Source: Podarcis bocagei
Lineage: Eukaryota
Length of the DNA: 64,000 nt
Strand: one strand, 5' to 3'
Assembly (NCBI GenBank): GCA_964188305.1
Contig: OZ076889.1
Positions 25,319 through 37,420 of this stretch are shown piece after piece. Position 1 is the stretch's first letter. Every line of letters begins with the position of its first letter. The position numbers and the translations under genes are program-made. Below the pieces are notes generated by a model. The model worked only from the letters and a program-made list of their open reading frames with translations, did no database searches and was not told where the DNA came from.

Positions 25319-28300
25319 TTTTGTGTGAATAGAAACGTTTGTCAGATGAGTGTCAGTAACACAATGAGCTAGGAAGCCGGAGGTTCTCATTGTGCCAGAG
25401 TTCCCTCACACAGAGGTAGAAACCAAGCACAAATGGGCTGGCTCTTCTTAGCCTATCACCATGGATCCATCACAGGCTTCTTCTGCCTGGCTATAGCAGC
25501 TATCAAAGCCAATGGGAATATCCCCTTGCAGCTCAAAAGACAATGGCCTGCTAGAAAGCTCCCTAATCCTTAAAGAGCCATGACCTAATTCTTGTTCATA
25601 CAGGTCTGTTCCTAGGCAGATTGCAAAGTATTGCAAAAAAAGAGGTCATTGTAAGCACAGAGCAATAGCAGATCCACTGACCAGCCTGACAATTGCCCCA
25701 AGTGGCTACTACTTATACAATACCAACACCTGTTTCTACAGACCAGTGACAAGACTGGCCTTTCGTACTTCGGCCAGGGTTGCACCAAACACATAACAGG
25801 AGTTAATGGGTGATGCAAAAGGAGATGCACCACTCAATTTTCAGTGTGAAATCAAAATGTTGTTAAAACTAACTAAGGATCTCAGATGGGATTAGATGGG
25901 ATTTTACCCTTTGTTTTGTAATTCATTCTCTCTGCTGACATCCGGGAATAAGCCACTACAGTACATGACTACACATTACAATATATCTGGGCAAAACTGA
26001 TTCTTTAAAAAGGCAAGGGAAGAACTTGCAGGAGGAGAGTTTTTCCCTTCTTCCTCTTTAGGAACTTTCCTTCAACTAGAAAAAAAGAGAAACTAATATT
26101 CAGCTGAATAGCTGTCTAGTGTGATAATCAAAGCAAGCACAGCTAAGGCTCTCCCAGGTTTCCAGTACAGTACTCTCATGCAGGGACACTTTCTCAACCC
26201 TCATGTGTTTTCTTATGAAAATGGTCAAAATTAGGAATCTCAACCACAGGATATTCTCAAGTGGAATATCAAGGACATACTGGAACCAAGCTGGGATCTT
26301 GAAACATGGGCAAACAACATGGTGGGAAAAGTAGTACAGGATGCCACAAGCAAAGTACTAGTTCGGGTCAGGAAGGCTGCAGTAGACGAAGCAGCGCAAG
26401 ACACAAAACTCCATTTAGTTATATTTCTATCCTGCCCTGCGAATAAATCCCAACAACCATAGAAGTATGAAAATAAAAGACAAGTAATAAAGCCAGTAAA
26501 ACACTTAGCAACAAGAAAAGACAGTCAACGGCAGATCTAATAATGGCCATTGCATATTCAACACAGTGGTGACTAACCATTCATAAATGCCCAGGTGGGT
26601 TTCAGTCTGGTAGTGGAATATCAGTTAAGTTGGCACCGAGCACACCTCTTTGCATTGCTCTGTGTCTTACTTTTACAGAGATGGGCCTCTATTTTGAAGG
26701 GTTGTCAGAAGACAGTCTCTACTTGAAGGTGCCCTCTATTTGAGACAGTCCAGACCAAGTCTGGTTCAAAGATAAGCCGCCATAAAATGGGAGAGGAGGA
26801 GACTTGAAGTTGCCTATCAACGATTAACAGCACCTTGTTAGGAGAAGAACAGGCACACAAGTCACCTAGTGTCTTCCCCACTATGGGGAGATAGATTGAA
26901 TTGATATTTAAAGTATAGCATTTCCTCCCCCCTGAAATATTGTACATATAAATTATTGCACATACAAATTACAATACATATAAATTGCTTTTAAAAACGT
27001 TGTGTCTTTTTTGTCCTTCTTTGCTGATGCATAACAGGCCACCCTACTTGAGAAAGGGCATTCTAAGGTTAGGGCACCACCATGGAGAAGGCCCCATCTT
27101 GTGTCTAAAATAGGGAGCCTTAACCAATTAGGGGCAAAAACAGCTGATCAGGAATGCAGTGAAAACAACCGTCTACAGGTGCCCTTCTGATACTCTGTTG
27201 CTGTTGAAACCCTGAGGATTGCACCAGAATATTTGTGCAAAGCTGGATGTCGTACTCAAATTGTTGGAGTGAGTTAGATTCTCAGTTGCTTAATTGCTAC
27301 TCTAAATTGACTCCGAGTCCCAGTGTTTTAGAGGGCAAGGCAGTCTTTATATTTTCATTCATACTTCCTAAATGTACTGTTCTGACAATTAAAATGATAG
27401 TTGCTAGACTGAAATACAGTTCAGCTCAAGATTTTGGCCTCTTTCAGATTGATTCTATCCTTGGGTTATATCAACAAGATGAGGGTGGAATCCCTACTAA
27501 AGCCCTTGTACTGTTGGATTAAAACTACAGGTAGCTTGCATCTTACATGAGGGTTTGGTTACAGGAGTCCACACATATAGGTAAAAATGTATAAAGCCAG
27601 GAGACCCTGGAACCAGCCCCCTTGCAAGGTAGAGGGCTGCTTACCTGACTTTGGAAAGGCAGTATGAGGGCTCTGGGATACTGTCTGAGCCCCCACATTG
27701 CTTTCCTGAAGCCGGCAATTGCAACTTGGTTGGGGTGAAATAAATGGAGAGTGGGTTTCCTCTGCTCTCCATTTATTTATCCCCCCACCCAAAGCTGTGA
27801 TCATGTAAGTTAAATAAGTGTAGGATGCAAGTTACTTGTATATTATGGCAGAGCGAGTGCAGCCCTCGAGTGAAATTTTGAACCACGTAGCCCCTGACAC
27901 AGCTGTTGAGATCCAGCTACACATTGCTCCTCTATAACTCTATGAATGCATGGGTCATCAAAGAAGCCATTCTAACAAGCAAACATTATTATCCCACCCC
28001 AAGACATAAGATTAAGTTTTGCAGATGTTTTCTAAGGGCATCACCTTCAGTCAACAAGCACCACAAGCGTTTGTCTACAAAATGCATTTGAACTTCCAAG
28101 TTGAAGTTACATTTCCTTTTCCATTCCTCTGCTTTGTTATGGCATGCTACTTTGCCAGTGCACTCACATGTGTGTGCCTGTATGTATCCATACATAAGCT
28201 TACCTCTCTCGTGCTTTTCAATAGATAATAGCAGTCAAATTAGCTGCGGAAGGTGCTCCATCAATTAATTCTCCTCTGGCCAATGTGTCACAGTTAGTGC

Positions 28301-31300
28301 AAATTATGCTTTCCATCTCTCCCTTTCGATACACCATCAGCAGCCACATTTAAGTGAGCGTCAAATAGGAGATAGTAAATTTAGCAATTTACCTCACCTG
28401 GCAGTTTGGTGCTCACAGAACTGTCTACACCCACAAGAGCTTTTTTGTGTCCCTCCGTCTCCCCCAGTGAATGGCAGAACATCTGAGTTCCCTTCTTATG
28501 GCGCCTGCCAGTATAAAGGGCTTTAGCTTAAACATTAAGATGCTGAAACGATAAGATCAGAAGTAGAAGACAAGCCTAGACCCATGAAAAATAGTTACTG
28601 CTACCTTACTTTTTATGACAGGAGAAAGGCAACAAAATTGTCATCTTCTCCCCTTTTCACCACCCCATCCATACTTCCTTGCCTGTTTTGAGAAGATCCA
28701 TGCAAAGAAGCAGATTTTCACCTGTCTGACACTTGCAAGATGTGAAACAGAAACCAAAATCAGATGCACGTCAATGTTCAGACAATGCACCAGAGTATTT
28801 GTGAATGCACACCCAGATGCCATTCAAATATCCTCTAGGTGCCTGCATTATAATGGATTGTGGCCTGAGAAATCCACTAAGTAGTAATTGGTTGAAGCAG
28901 TTTTTAGAAATGCCCCAGAGTCATATATAAATTTATGAAGATAGGTATGAGCAATTGACCTAATCCAGAAACTTATTTGTTACCAGGGCTAGTGCCGTCA
29001 GTGCCACACAGCATGGAGAAGCAACCTGCACCAGGAGGGAGTGAAAGATGAAGGCCATGATTGGTGTCTGACTGGAGCACCAAGACTTTTCAAAGGATTG
29101 GCCCTAGTACAGGCTGGAGGCCATTTAAGCTTTGCTTCAGGCAAGGAAATTTATTGGGCCACCACTGCTGACATTGAAATTTGGGTTTTGGAATCCAAAT
29201 ATGCCCCTGCTTTAGCAGAGCAGTAAAGCAAGAAACTGAACCACAGAAGAGACTCTCTTTGCAAAAGGAAGCATAAAGACTAGAATAGACAATTCATAAA
29301 CAGAGATGTTTATGAATTACTAGTATGGGGAGTCAGTAGCATTCAGCACACCTGGCAAATGCATTTTGCACAGGAACTGTGCAGCGGCATTGGAGACAAA
29401 CAAGAGCTACCGGTCAGGAAATCAGTGAAAAGCAGATTATTTCACTATGGCTCCTACCTAGTGAAAAGTGGGTGCTGTCGGAGATTCTCAAAACATTTAG
29501 CTTTCTTGGGGATCAGGGGTAGGGAACCTCAGGCCCACCATACCCACATGACCTACATCTGACATTATGAAGCAAGACCTGGCTCAGCTGAAATGGGGTT
29601 TGCAAGCACCCACTGAGGGCTCTGCAAGACCCGACAATCAGCTGACTGTCAGCGCTTTGTGGGCTACATCTTTGCCTGCACACTTTGATTTCAAAACACA
29701 TGGGGCAAAAAAAGGCTCACCTGAGATCATTGTAACAGCAGGTGATTGATGGGTGGCTTCCTCCACCCACTGTTTAAACTTGGCCCATGGGGGATTAATG
29801 GCACAGGGTGTGTGTGTGTGTGGCTTGATAGTCAGGAGGAGTACAGAGTTGATTTCAAGGTGGGTGCCCCTGATTAGAAGGGAGAAGGAGGGTGCTGAAG
29901 GTGACAGTGTTCACATTAAGGCAGAAGGGAATAGTCAGGACTCTGGGAACTGCCCTCATTTTGTATTATTGCCTGTTATCCCAGAAGAAGCTGATGCCCA
30001 AGTCTCTCTGTGTAGTGTGGCTAATTAGCATGGGCAGTAATGGTGTGAAAATAAATGGAATCTGCAAAGCACTTTGAGATTCAGCAAAGTATCAAGGCAC
30101 TAAAACAAAAACTACAAACAAAGCATCCTTTTATTTATCCCAATGAAATCAACAGGCTTCAATCTGAAAATTGCGTTCTCCTCTCAGATCCATCCACCAG
30201 CATGAGGATATTTATTCAGATCAAATCTGATGTAACATGCTTAGCACAAGTAAAAGAAGATTGTGCAGGGGAGTGGGTGGGTGGGTTAAAAAAAATAAAA
30301 ATTTCAGCTTGGCATTCAGATGAGTTGTTCAATTCTCTGCACAGACAGAGCCCTGAGAGGCTGCTTAGGTAGTTCTGAGCCCTCATCCCAAAATATCATC
30401 TGTTGCCTAGCACTCTGATTGGCTGTGTGAAGAAGGAATTTATTGGTGGAAAATATAGACGGAGAGGAGGGGCTTGGGAGAGCACTGTGAAGATTATGGG
30501 AGTGTGCTCTTGCAGTGCCTATGTACACTGTAGATACATGCTTGTATCTAGGCACTGGTGCGTAAATGAATGCATTGGTGTGCAATGTTTCAAGTGTGTC
30601 TGCTGACTCACAAACACTCTACACTCACACACGTACTTACTGCCAAGCTGTAAGTTATTTATGTGAAGGATTGACAGTGCACATTTGTACATGCTAACTT
30701 ATTAAAAAAAACAACCCCCAAACACCTTGCCACTTCCACAGCAATTTCTGAACCTGCACAATGTACTCCTCTTTAAAGACACGCACTCCTAAGGAACACC
30801 ACTGAATTATGCTGCATATTGCATCAGCTGGAAGAGACACTGAAGGAAAAATGGTAACACACAGAAAGGTCTTTTTAAAAGATGCTAGATCAGTGGCCAC
30901 AGCCCAGGTTTCCATGACTGAGGCTCTTCTTGGCAGGCAGTTTTGTGGGTGCTTGGAGGACAGCACAAAGAAGCAGCTACTCCATCATGAGGACACGGAT
31001 GTTCGGCCTGTGTGATGAACCCACAAAGCAATAAATCAGCACTAGAAGGAAAGCAAGCTGGAGTCGATGCTCCTTTCTCTGTTCGGTTCCTGGCATGGCA
31101 GCCAATGTTTGACTGAAAGTGAGGCTTGCAGCCCGAGTTAGCAAATATGAGTGCCAGCCTGTCACCCATGCATCCATCCATTAGATGACTTCCTTGCCCT
31201 CCCCAAATCATTTCACAAGCGTGCTGCAACTTCCTTGGCTGTGGACTTAATAGTTCACTGTGTTCCTTGGCTGCTTAAGGACTGGTGGAACAAAGAAAGA

Positions 31301-34300
31301 TTCCTTCCCTGTTCACAAAAAAAACATTTTGCCCAAAGACTGATTACCTTTCTGTCGTGAGGCAGTTGGGCAACATGCAATTGCAGCAGTGGCCGGGGGG
31401 AGGGGAGTGGGAGATTGTGTATTTTGTCATCAAGCTATAGAGTTTTCATAGAGATCTGTTAGATTAGGATGGTTTTTTGTGGCTCTCAATGCAGGGCTTT
31501 TTCTTTTTTTGAGGGGGGAGAGGAGGGGTCTGCCACAGCAGCCTGCATCAAGGTACCCCTCTTCTTCGGAGTCTTACAAGATTCCTCTCTGCTCTGATTG
31601 AGAAACAGCATCAGATGCCTGATAAATGGGTCTCTCTGTTGAAAGGGAGCTGAAGAGTAAATTACTGTAATAGAAAACGGCTTAAGTAGCAGTGTACGGT
31701 TCAACTCCTTTTACTGCAAAATCCATAGCACTAATTGCTTATTGACTCCCCAGCACGGTGACATCACCAGCAGCCAACCAACATCTCCTATGCAAATGAA
31801 ATAAGAGGTAAAAAGATAGAAAGAAGCTGAGTGGCTTTACACAAGTCATGTATGGGTCTAAGATCAGTACTGCAGTGGGTGACAGACAGGAGGGGCTGAT
31901 AGGGAGAGTATTAATTTTCTCTCTCTCAAATAGTCAAGATAACACAAGAAAATACTTGCTGAGGGCTCCCAGATCAAAGACCCCTGGCTTATTTTCTTAA
32001 CTTTGGGGCCAGATGAATTCTAGAGCTTAATCTCAGTGAAATCAAAGGGGGGATTTCTAGGCTGGCACCAGTCTTTTGATCAGGGGCAGAATGTGGGTCT
32101 CGGGAATATAGGAGTTGAAGACACAAGTTAGACACCCAGCTTGAGAAATCCTATCTCATTGGGAAGCAGGAATAGTCCCAGATGTGCACAGAGGTTTTGC
32201 TGCAATGCTCCTCTGTAGTTATGATGGAAGGAAACAACGGGGGGGGGTATTTGTGGTAGCAAAGTGGCACAGCTTCGTTCACTCTTCCTCTGCCCCCCTC
32301 TAGCAGTGGTGCCAGGCCACAGGTGCACAAACCATTCAGAAAGACACTTTTACACTTCTAGGAGAGACACACCACTGTGCTAACTGCAGCGGGGGGGGGG
32401 GGGCTTTTTGTTGTTATAATCTTAACCCAAATGTTTATTTTTAAAGCATTCTGATTTCTCTCTCTGCACCTCACAGTAGGATTTCTCTTCTGCAATACAG
32501 CTAGTCTTTCTTAAACCACCCTCTTTTTCTCTCTCCACTCCATAGCACTTTGTCTCTTGTTCTCTGCGCCCCTGCAGGATACATCCTCATCTGTATTACT
32601 CCACATTTTTTGTCGCCCTGCCCCAAACCAGGTATCCCAGTCCCTGTGTAACCACTACTTCTTCCTTTACTCTGTTGCTGTTTCTCTGTTTTGTGTGCCC
32701 CCCTCCAACCTCTAGTCCTCTCCAGTTCAGTGGCAATATCACACAAGATGGTCATTCCCCCAGAAAGTCATACAGCGTGAAGGAGTCTCAGACGTAAGTG
32801 GCCAGTGCAACATGGCAGCAGTGGCGAACTCTAGCATCTCAAATTTCAGTTGCACTTTGTGCAACACCTACATCTGCTGCCCCCCCCTTTCGCTTTCCAT
32901 TGGACTTCATAGTTGAAGTGACTGGTATGACCAAAATGGTTGCGTTCTCCTAGATCTGCCTTTGAGGGCAGGTTGGCAAATACAGACTTCTGAAGACAAG
33001 AAAAGGGATAGCAATGCATACATGTAGATTTTGCTGAGCTTTGGGCAGGTTGCAGGTGTGCTTCTTATGCCATGTTTGTTATGGCATAGGAGCCACTTAA
33101 ACATAGGTCTTTCCCTTAGCACTGAGGGAACGTGAAGAACTGTGACCCATGTGGGAGAAGTTTATGCCGAGACCCTTAAACTGCTTCTTGTGGCAACACT
33201 GAGATGGTGATGAGGCTAATCAAGGGGTAACTGAAGCTGCAGTAACTCCTGCGCTGCCAATTTAAGGGTGTATTGGGGGCGGGAATGAGGGCCTTAATGC
33301 TCCCACAAAGAAGTGGGAAAGGACTACGTACAAGGACTACTTTGGAATTTCCTGAGAGGGTAACCAAGTGCTCAAGGAGAAAGCCACCATTGACCTTCAA
33401 TCCTTATGTTAAAGGCTTGTTCTCTTTCAACTGTTGGCTTATTGGGCCAAGAATGAATAACCACCACTTGAGACCCTGCCAGGGCTGACAGGTAGCTCTC
33501 AGTTGCAAAACGCACACACCCCAGTACTTTGTTTTGAAACCCTCACAAGAGCAGGGGATAGTAAGAGTGTATGCAGAATAAGTACAGAAGCTTAGAAGGT
33601 CTCATTCCTGGTCAGACACAGACAGTTCAGACCCCACAAGCATATGTAAAACAATTGCTGAAGTGAGCTGGTTGAGAGCAGAACTGGAAAGTTTGTCTTT
33701 TAGTTGCGACAGTTCAGATAATTTCTTAGGGCTCCTGCCACCGCCTCTGGAGAAGCCGCCTCCTCGCAATCTTCTTCTGCAATTGACTGAGCATCTCCAC
33801 TTACAGCAAAGACAATGAGAAATCACAAAGCAAACAGCATTTAAATGAAAACCAATTGCAGCAAGATTATCCCTTTTTAGGGAGCATATTTCAGGGTGGG
33901 GAAAAGTGTCACAAAGATAGATTCATTTAGCTGCTGGATGCCACCAAAGTAGAAATTAAGCACCAGAAGCAGGGGGGAAATGGGAACAGAGGAAATGTCT
34001 AAATAACACTATGCAGCTACCACATGGAAAGTGACTACCAAGCTGTATGAACAGTTCTCAGTACTCTGTACTCTGACAATAAATAAAATTAATTAATATA
34101 CAATAATAACCTATTTTAACACAGCTCTTCCAGTAGAATTCCGCCCCCGCCCCAAAGCAAACATGACCGAAGCTAATTACCTCTTCATTTCACTGCAAGG
34201 ATGAATCAGCGTCAGAGCCAAAAATAAATCAAGCAAGATCCCTAGCTCATTTGGCATCTCTCTCCAATAGTTCACTGGTCCACAACACTTCAGCCAGCAA

Positions 34301-34379
34301 AGTTAAGAGCTGGTTACCTTGTGCTAGCTTTGCTTCAGCCAGCATTGAGCATACAATAGTGACTCTATCGTCCCCTAGG

Positions 34380-34720
34380 GGCTTTATCTAACCAAACCTT
34401 AAGATCCTCTTTAGAGGCCCTGCTCTGAGCACCAGAGCTGAATGAAGTGAGGCAGGTAACCACCAGAAGGACAGCCTTTTTGGTAGGGACACCTCAGTTA
34501 TGGTCGGAACAGTCTTCCCAGAGATCTCTGCCTTTTCAGGACCAGGCCTTTTAAATAACTCCTACAGTCTGGGCTTTGCAGTTTGCAGACATCTGTGTTT
34601 TAACCTGAGGGTTGCAGAGAGTTTTGTTTCCTTGCTGTATTTGTTTATATGCTTATTTATGGTAAGCCATGCAGAGAACTGTATGTTATGAGGTGGCATT
34701 AAAATGTTGTAAACAAATAA
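34380..34720 (+). mobile_element. L2 LINE 3' end fragment
   Basis: agatcctctttagaggccctgctc...gcctttttggtagggacacctcagttatgg (RAFSV..P.LWN-like) and tail gtaagccatgcagagaac...aaacaaataa. Confidence 0.6.
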
Positions 34721-34953
34721 ATTGATCATCTGGTTTGTGCTCTCCCCCCTGCACCATTATCAAAATATTTGTGCAACAGTGAATAAAGTATTGGTGCAAA
34801 TTTAAAAATTGATTTAAATAAGTATCGTGTTATCTTTCTGGTCAGTGCGATTTTAGCATTGTGCTAATCCCTGGTCCACACAACGTTTAAGAACCGAAAC
34901 ACTTTTTAGCCTACCTTTTAAAAAAAGATATGAAAGGAATTGTGCAGCAGCGC

Positions 34954-34987
<34 letters not shown>
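34954..34987. repeat. Compound (CT)n(AT)n microsatellite
   Basis: Read directly from sequence. Confidence 0.9.
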
Positions 34988-34988
<1 letters not shown>

Positions 34989-35477
34989 AACACTGCAGTG
35001 AAAATTTTTTAAAAAGTGATTTTTAAAAACAGATCTTTTTCTAAAATGGTGCATTCAGAGTTGTTGTCCTCCTGTCTGCCGAAACAGCTATGTCCCACCC
35101 AGTAGCATGGACAGAACCTCAAAAGATGTACAAAGTGCTATACCCACTTTAGAGTGTAAAATCCATTGCAATTTTTCTTGTAGCCTACATGGAAAAAAGC
35201 AATAATACTGGGAGGAGCCACCAGTCTGGAACACTCCTGGATGTTTCAGAGGCAGTGCCCAAGATTGCCAATTAACATAGTGAGCTATCATTACCTATTA
35301 TATATTACTGACTAAAAGCTGTGTGTGCTTTTGGTGATTATAGTTACCCGGGGTGTGTGCGCAAAAAGTAAAGCAAGTCCATTACTAATGTGCAGGAGTA
35401 AAACCATTAGCAGCACTTTTCTACAACTTGCTATGCCCTCTAGAAAAGAAACCTAACACCTGCCTGGCAGTTCTCAC

Positions 35478-35690
35478 CTGTCTTTTGAAAACTGCTCTTA
35501 GTATTACTACAGGATAACAAACGACAATGTTGGGCTAATTTTTACGTTCCAATAGAACTTGAGAGCTTCTTCTTAAATGGCTTCTGAATGAACACTGGTC
35601 TGCTTATCTCGGGAAGAGAGGCAGCAGTATTTATAGACGACATGCTGGTGAAATCTGTCCTTGCTATGCCCCCCAAGAGGCAGAGATGAA
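35478..35690 (-). promoter_or_regulatory. Candidate internal TATA promoter plus non-coding first exon, copy A
   Basis: Minus-strand TATAAATA (35635-35628), AGATAAG at 35609-35603 near the expected TSS, donor CAG|GTGAGA at 35478/35477; paralogous to copy B. Confidence 0.5.
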
Positions 35691-36379
35691 GAAGCTGTGT
35701 TGGGCATGGTTTGATTTTCTGTCACTGCAAAGGATTTGAAACCAGCCCAGCCATTTCTACTCCTTTAGGTGCTCATAAGATACAGTTTCTATTTTATTTT
35801 AGCTGGTTGGTTCTCAGAAGGATTGGTAACTTCCATCTTAGAATCTTATATGTAAATATCCTTGCTGGCAAATCACCTTCATATTACCACTGTAAGAAAA
35901 AGGTAACCTGGTCAGCTACGGCGAATAAATGCATGGTACTGGCTGCTTCACTGGACAAAAATAAAGGTGATGTCTGAAGGCACACACAGGTAGACACTTA
36001 TTCACCGTGACCTCTCTCAAAATACTTGCTTATCCTTCAGCTGTAGGAGCCAAGCACTCTCTCAAATAGTAGTTAAAAATATAAATTCTTCAAAATCATA
36101 ATTAAATGACTGAGCCAAAGAACAGTTCTCCCATTTTGCTTCCCATAGGATAGCCAAGATCTGTTTGTCTTCTAGTATCCTACATGATGTTTATCTGAAG
36201 TAGGGTTAAATTCTCAACATTATATGAGTATGTCATAGTATGTCCTTTTCAGCTTGTTCAGAAGTATGGTGAGTTATTAAGTTTCTTAATGGCAATATAT
36301 ATCCTCCGCCCACAGGAATGGTTTTAGGCACTCTACAATTTCAGGTTTACATCCTTACATCGGTAACATCTGTGAAGGT

Positions 36380-36563
36380 CAGCATGCTTATCTGTTCAGC
36401 CTACTACCACCTACTCTGACTTAACAGTCGATCTCCAGTGTCTCAGGGCAAGAGATGTCTTTCACATCACCTGCTAGCTGATTCTTCATTTAAACTGAAG
36501 ATGCCAGAAATTGAATCTGAGACCTTCTGTTCATAAAGCATGTGTCGCACTACTAAGCCACGG
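36380..36563 (-). mobile_element. Old tRNA-derived SINE
   Basis: Reverse complement reads gtggcttagtagtgcgacacatgctttatgaacagaaggtctcagattcaatttctggcatc; its tRNA-like head resembles that of the SINE at 53458. Confidence 0.6.
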
Positions 36564-37213
36564 TGGAGAGCCTGAAACTAAGAGAGAATTCATGTTCTGA
36601 AAGAAGAGCAGATTTTCTTCCTTAAGACTGAGTACTAGTGTCTATATTGTTCAGTTTCCAAGCTGCAAAGTAATGGCCCAGTTGAAGTATAAAGGATCAC
36701 AAGTTCTGGCTCATGCAGTGGCATGCTATGGAGAGAAAAAATCAGTTATCTCTAGGGTTTGTTTCTGTTTTTTTGCTTCAAATGCAGTCTAAAGCAAATT
36801 CTCATAAACATTTCCAGAATGGATTATCTACCAGAAGGAAAATGGTTGGAACACCCATCAGGGGTGAAGCGTGTTGTGTATGGCATTCCTCTTTCCTCAT
36901 CGTTCGATGGGGACGCAGAAAGAATGGTTCCACTGAAACGCTTGTCTTTCACATCTCTACGCTTGTTTTGCCTCTGTGTTAGTTCATACTAATAGGGCAA
37001 GCAACCGATGGGGAGATTTTCATTGGGGAAATGATGCAGAGAAAAGGGCGAACCCCCTTCCCATTGCATTACAGTCGCAGATTTGGCTGGGGAAAGGACA
37101 AGAGGGAAATTTTCCCAAATTGCTTGTGCCTGCTTATCAAAACCAGTCTCTCACGACAAGAACCATGGGTGGCTAAGCAGATCATTGTCCCTGGCCTGGC
37201 TGGCGGTTCTTAC

Positions 37214-37420
37214 TTGAATTGCACTCACAGAGGTTACTACCGTATTATACTACACTGTGGGCTAACTTTTGCATCTAAATGGAACCTGAGAGCATCTTAT
37301 TAAATTGCTTATGTCTGGAAAATTGGTCCGCTTATCTCCAAGTGGGGGAGAGAGACAGTATTTATAGACAACACGCTGATGAAGTCTGTCCTTGTTGTGC
37401 CCCCAAGAGGCAGAGATGAA
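37214..37420 (-). promoter_or_regulatory. Candidate internal TATA promoter plus non-coding first exon, copy B
   Basis: Minus-strand TATAAATA (37366-37359), AGATAAG near the TSS, donor CAA|GTAAGA at 37214/37213; alignable with copy A over ~230 bp. Confidence 0.5.

Noticed and set aside
34750-34798. TGCACCATTAT…GTATTGGTGCA hairpin
   Set aside because: Stem too short and interior poorly paired; matches no miRNA I know.
35110-35160. AAAGTGCT (miR-302/430-like seed) as a possible miRNA
   Set aside because: No pre-miRNA-length complementary arm; only a 6-bp stem.
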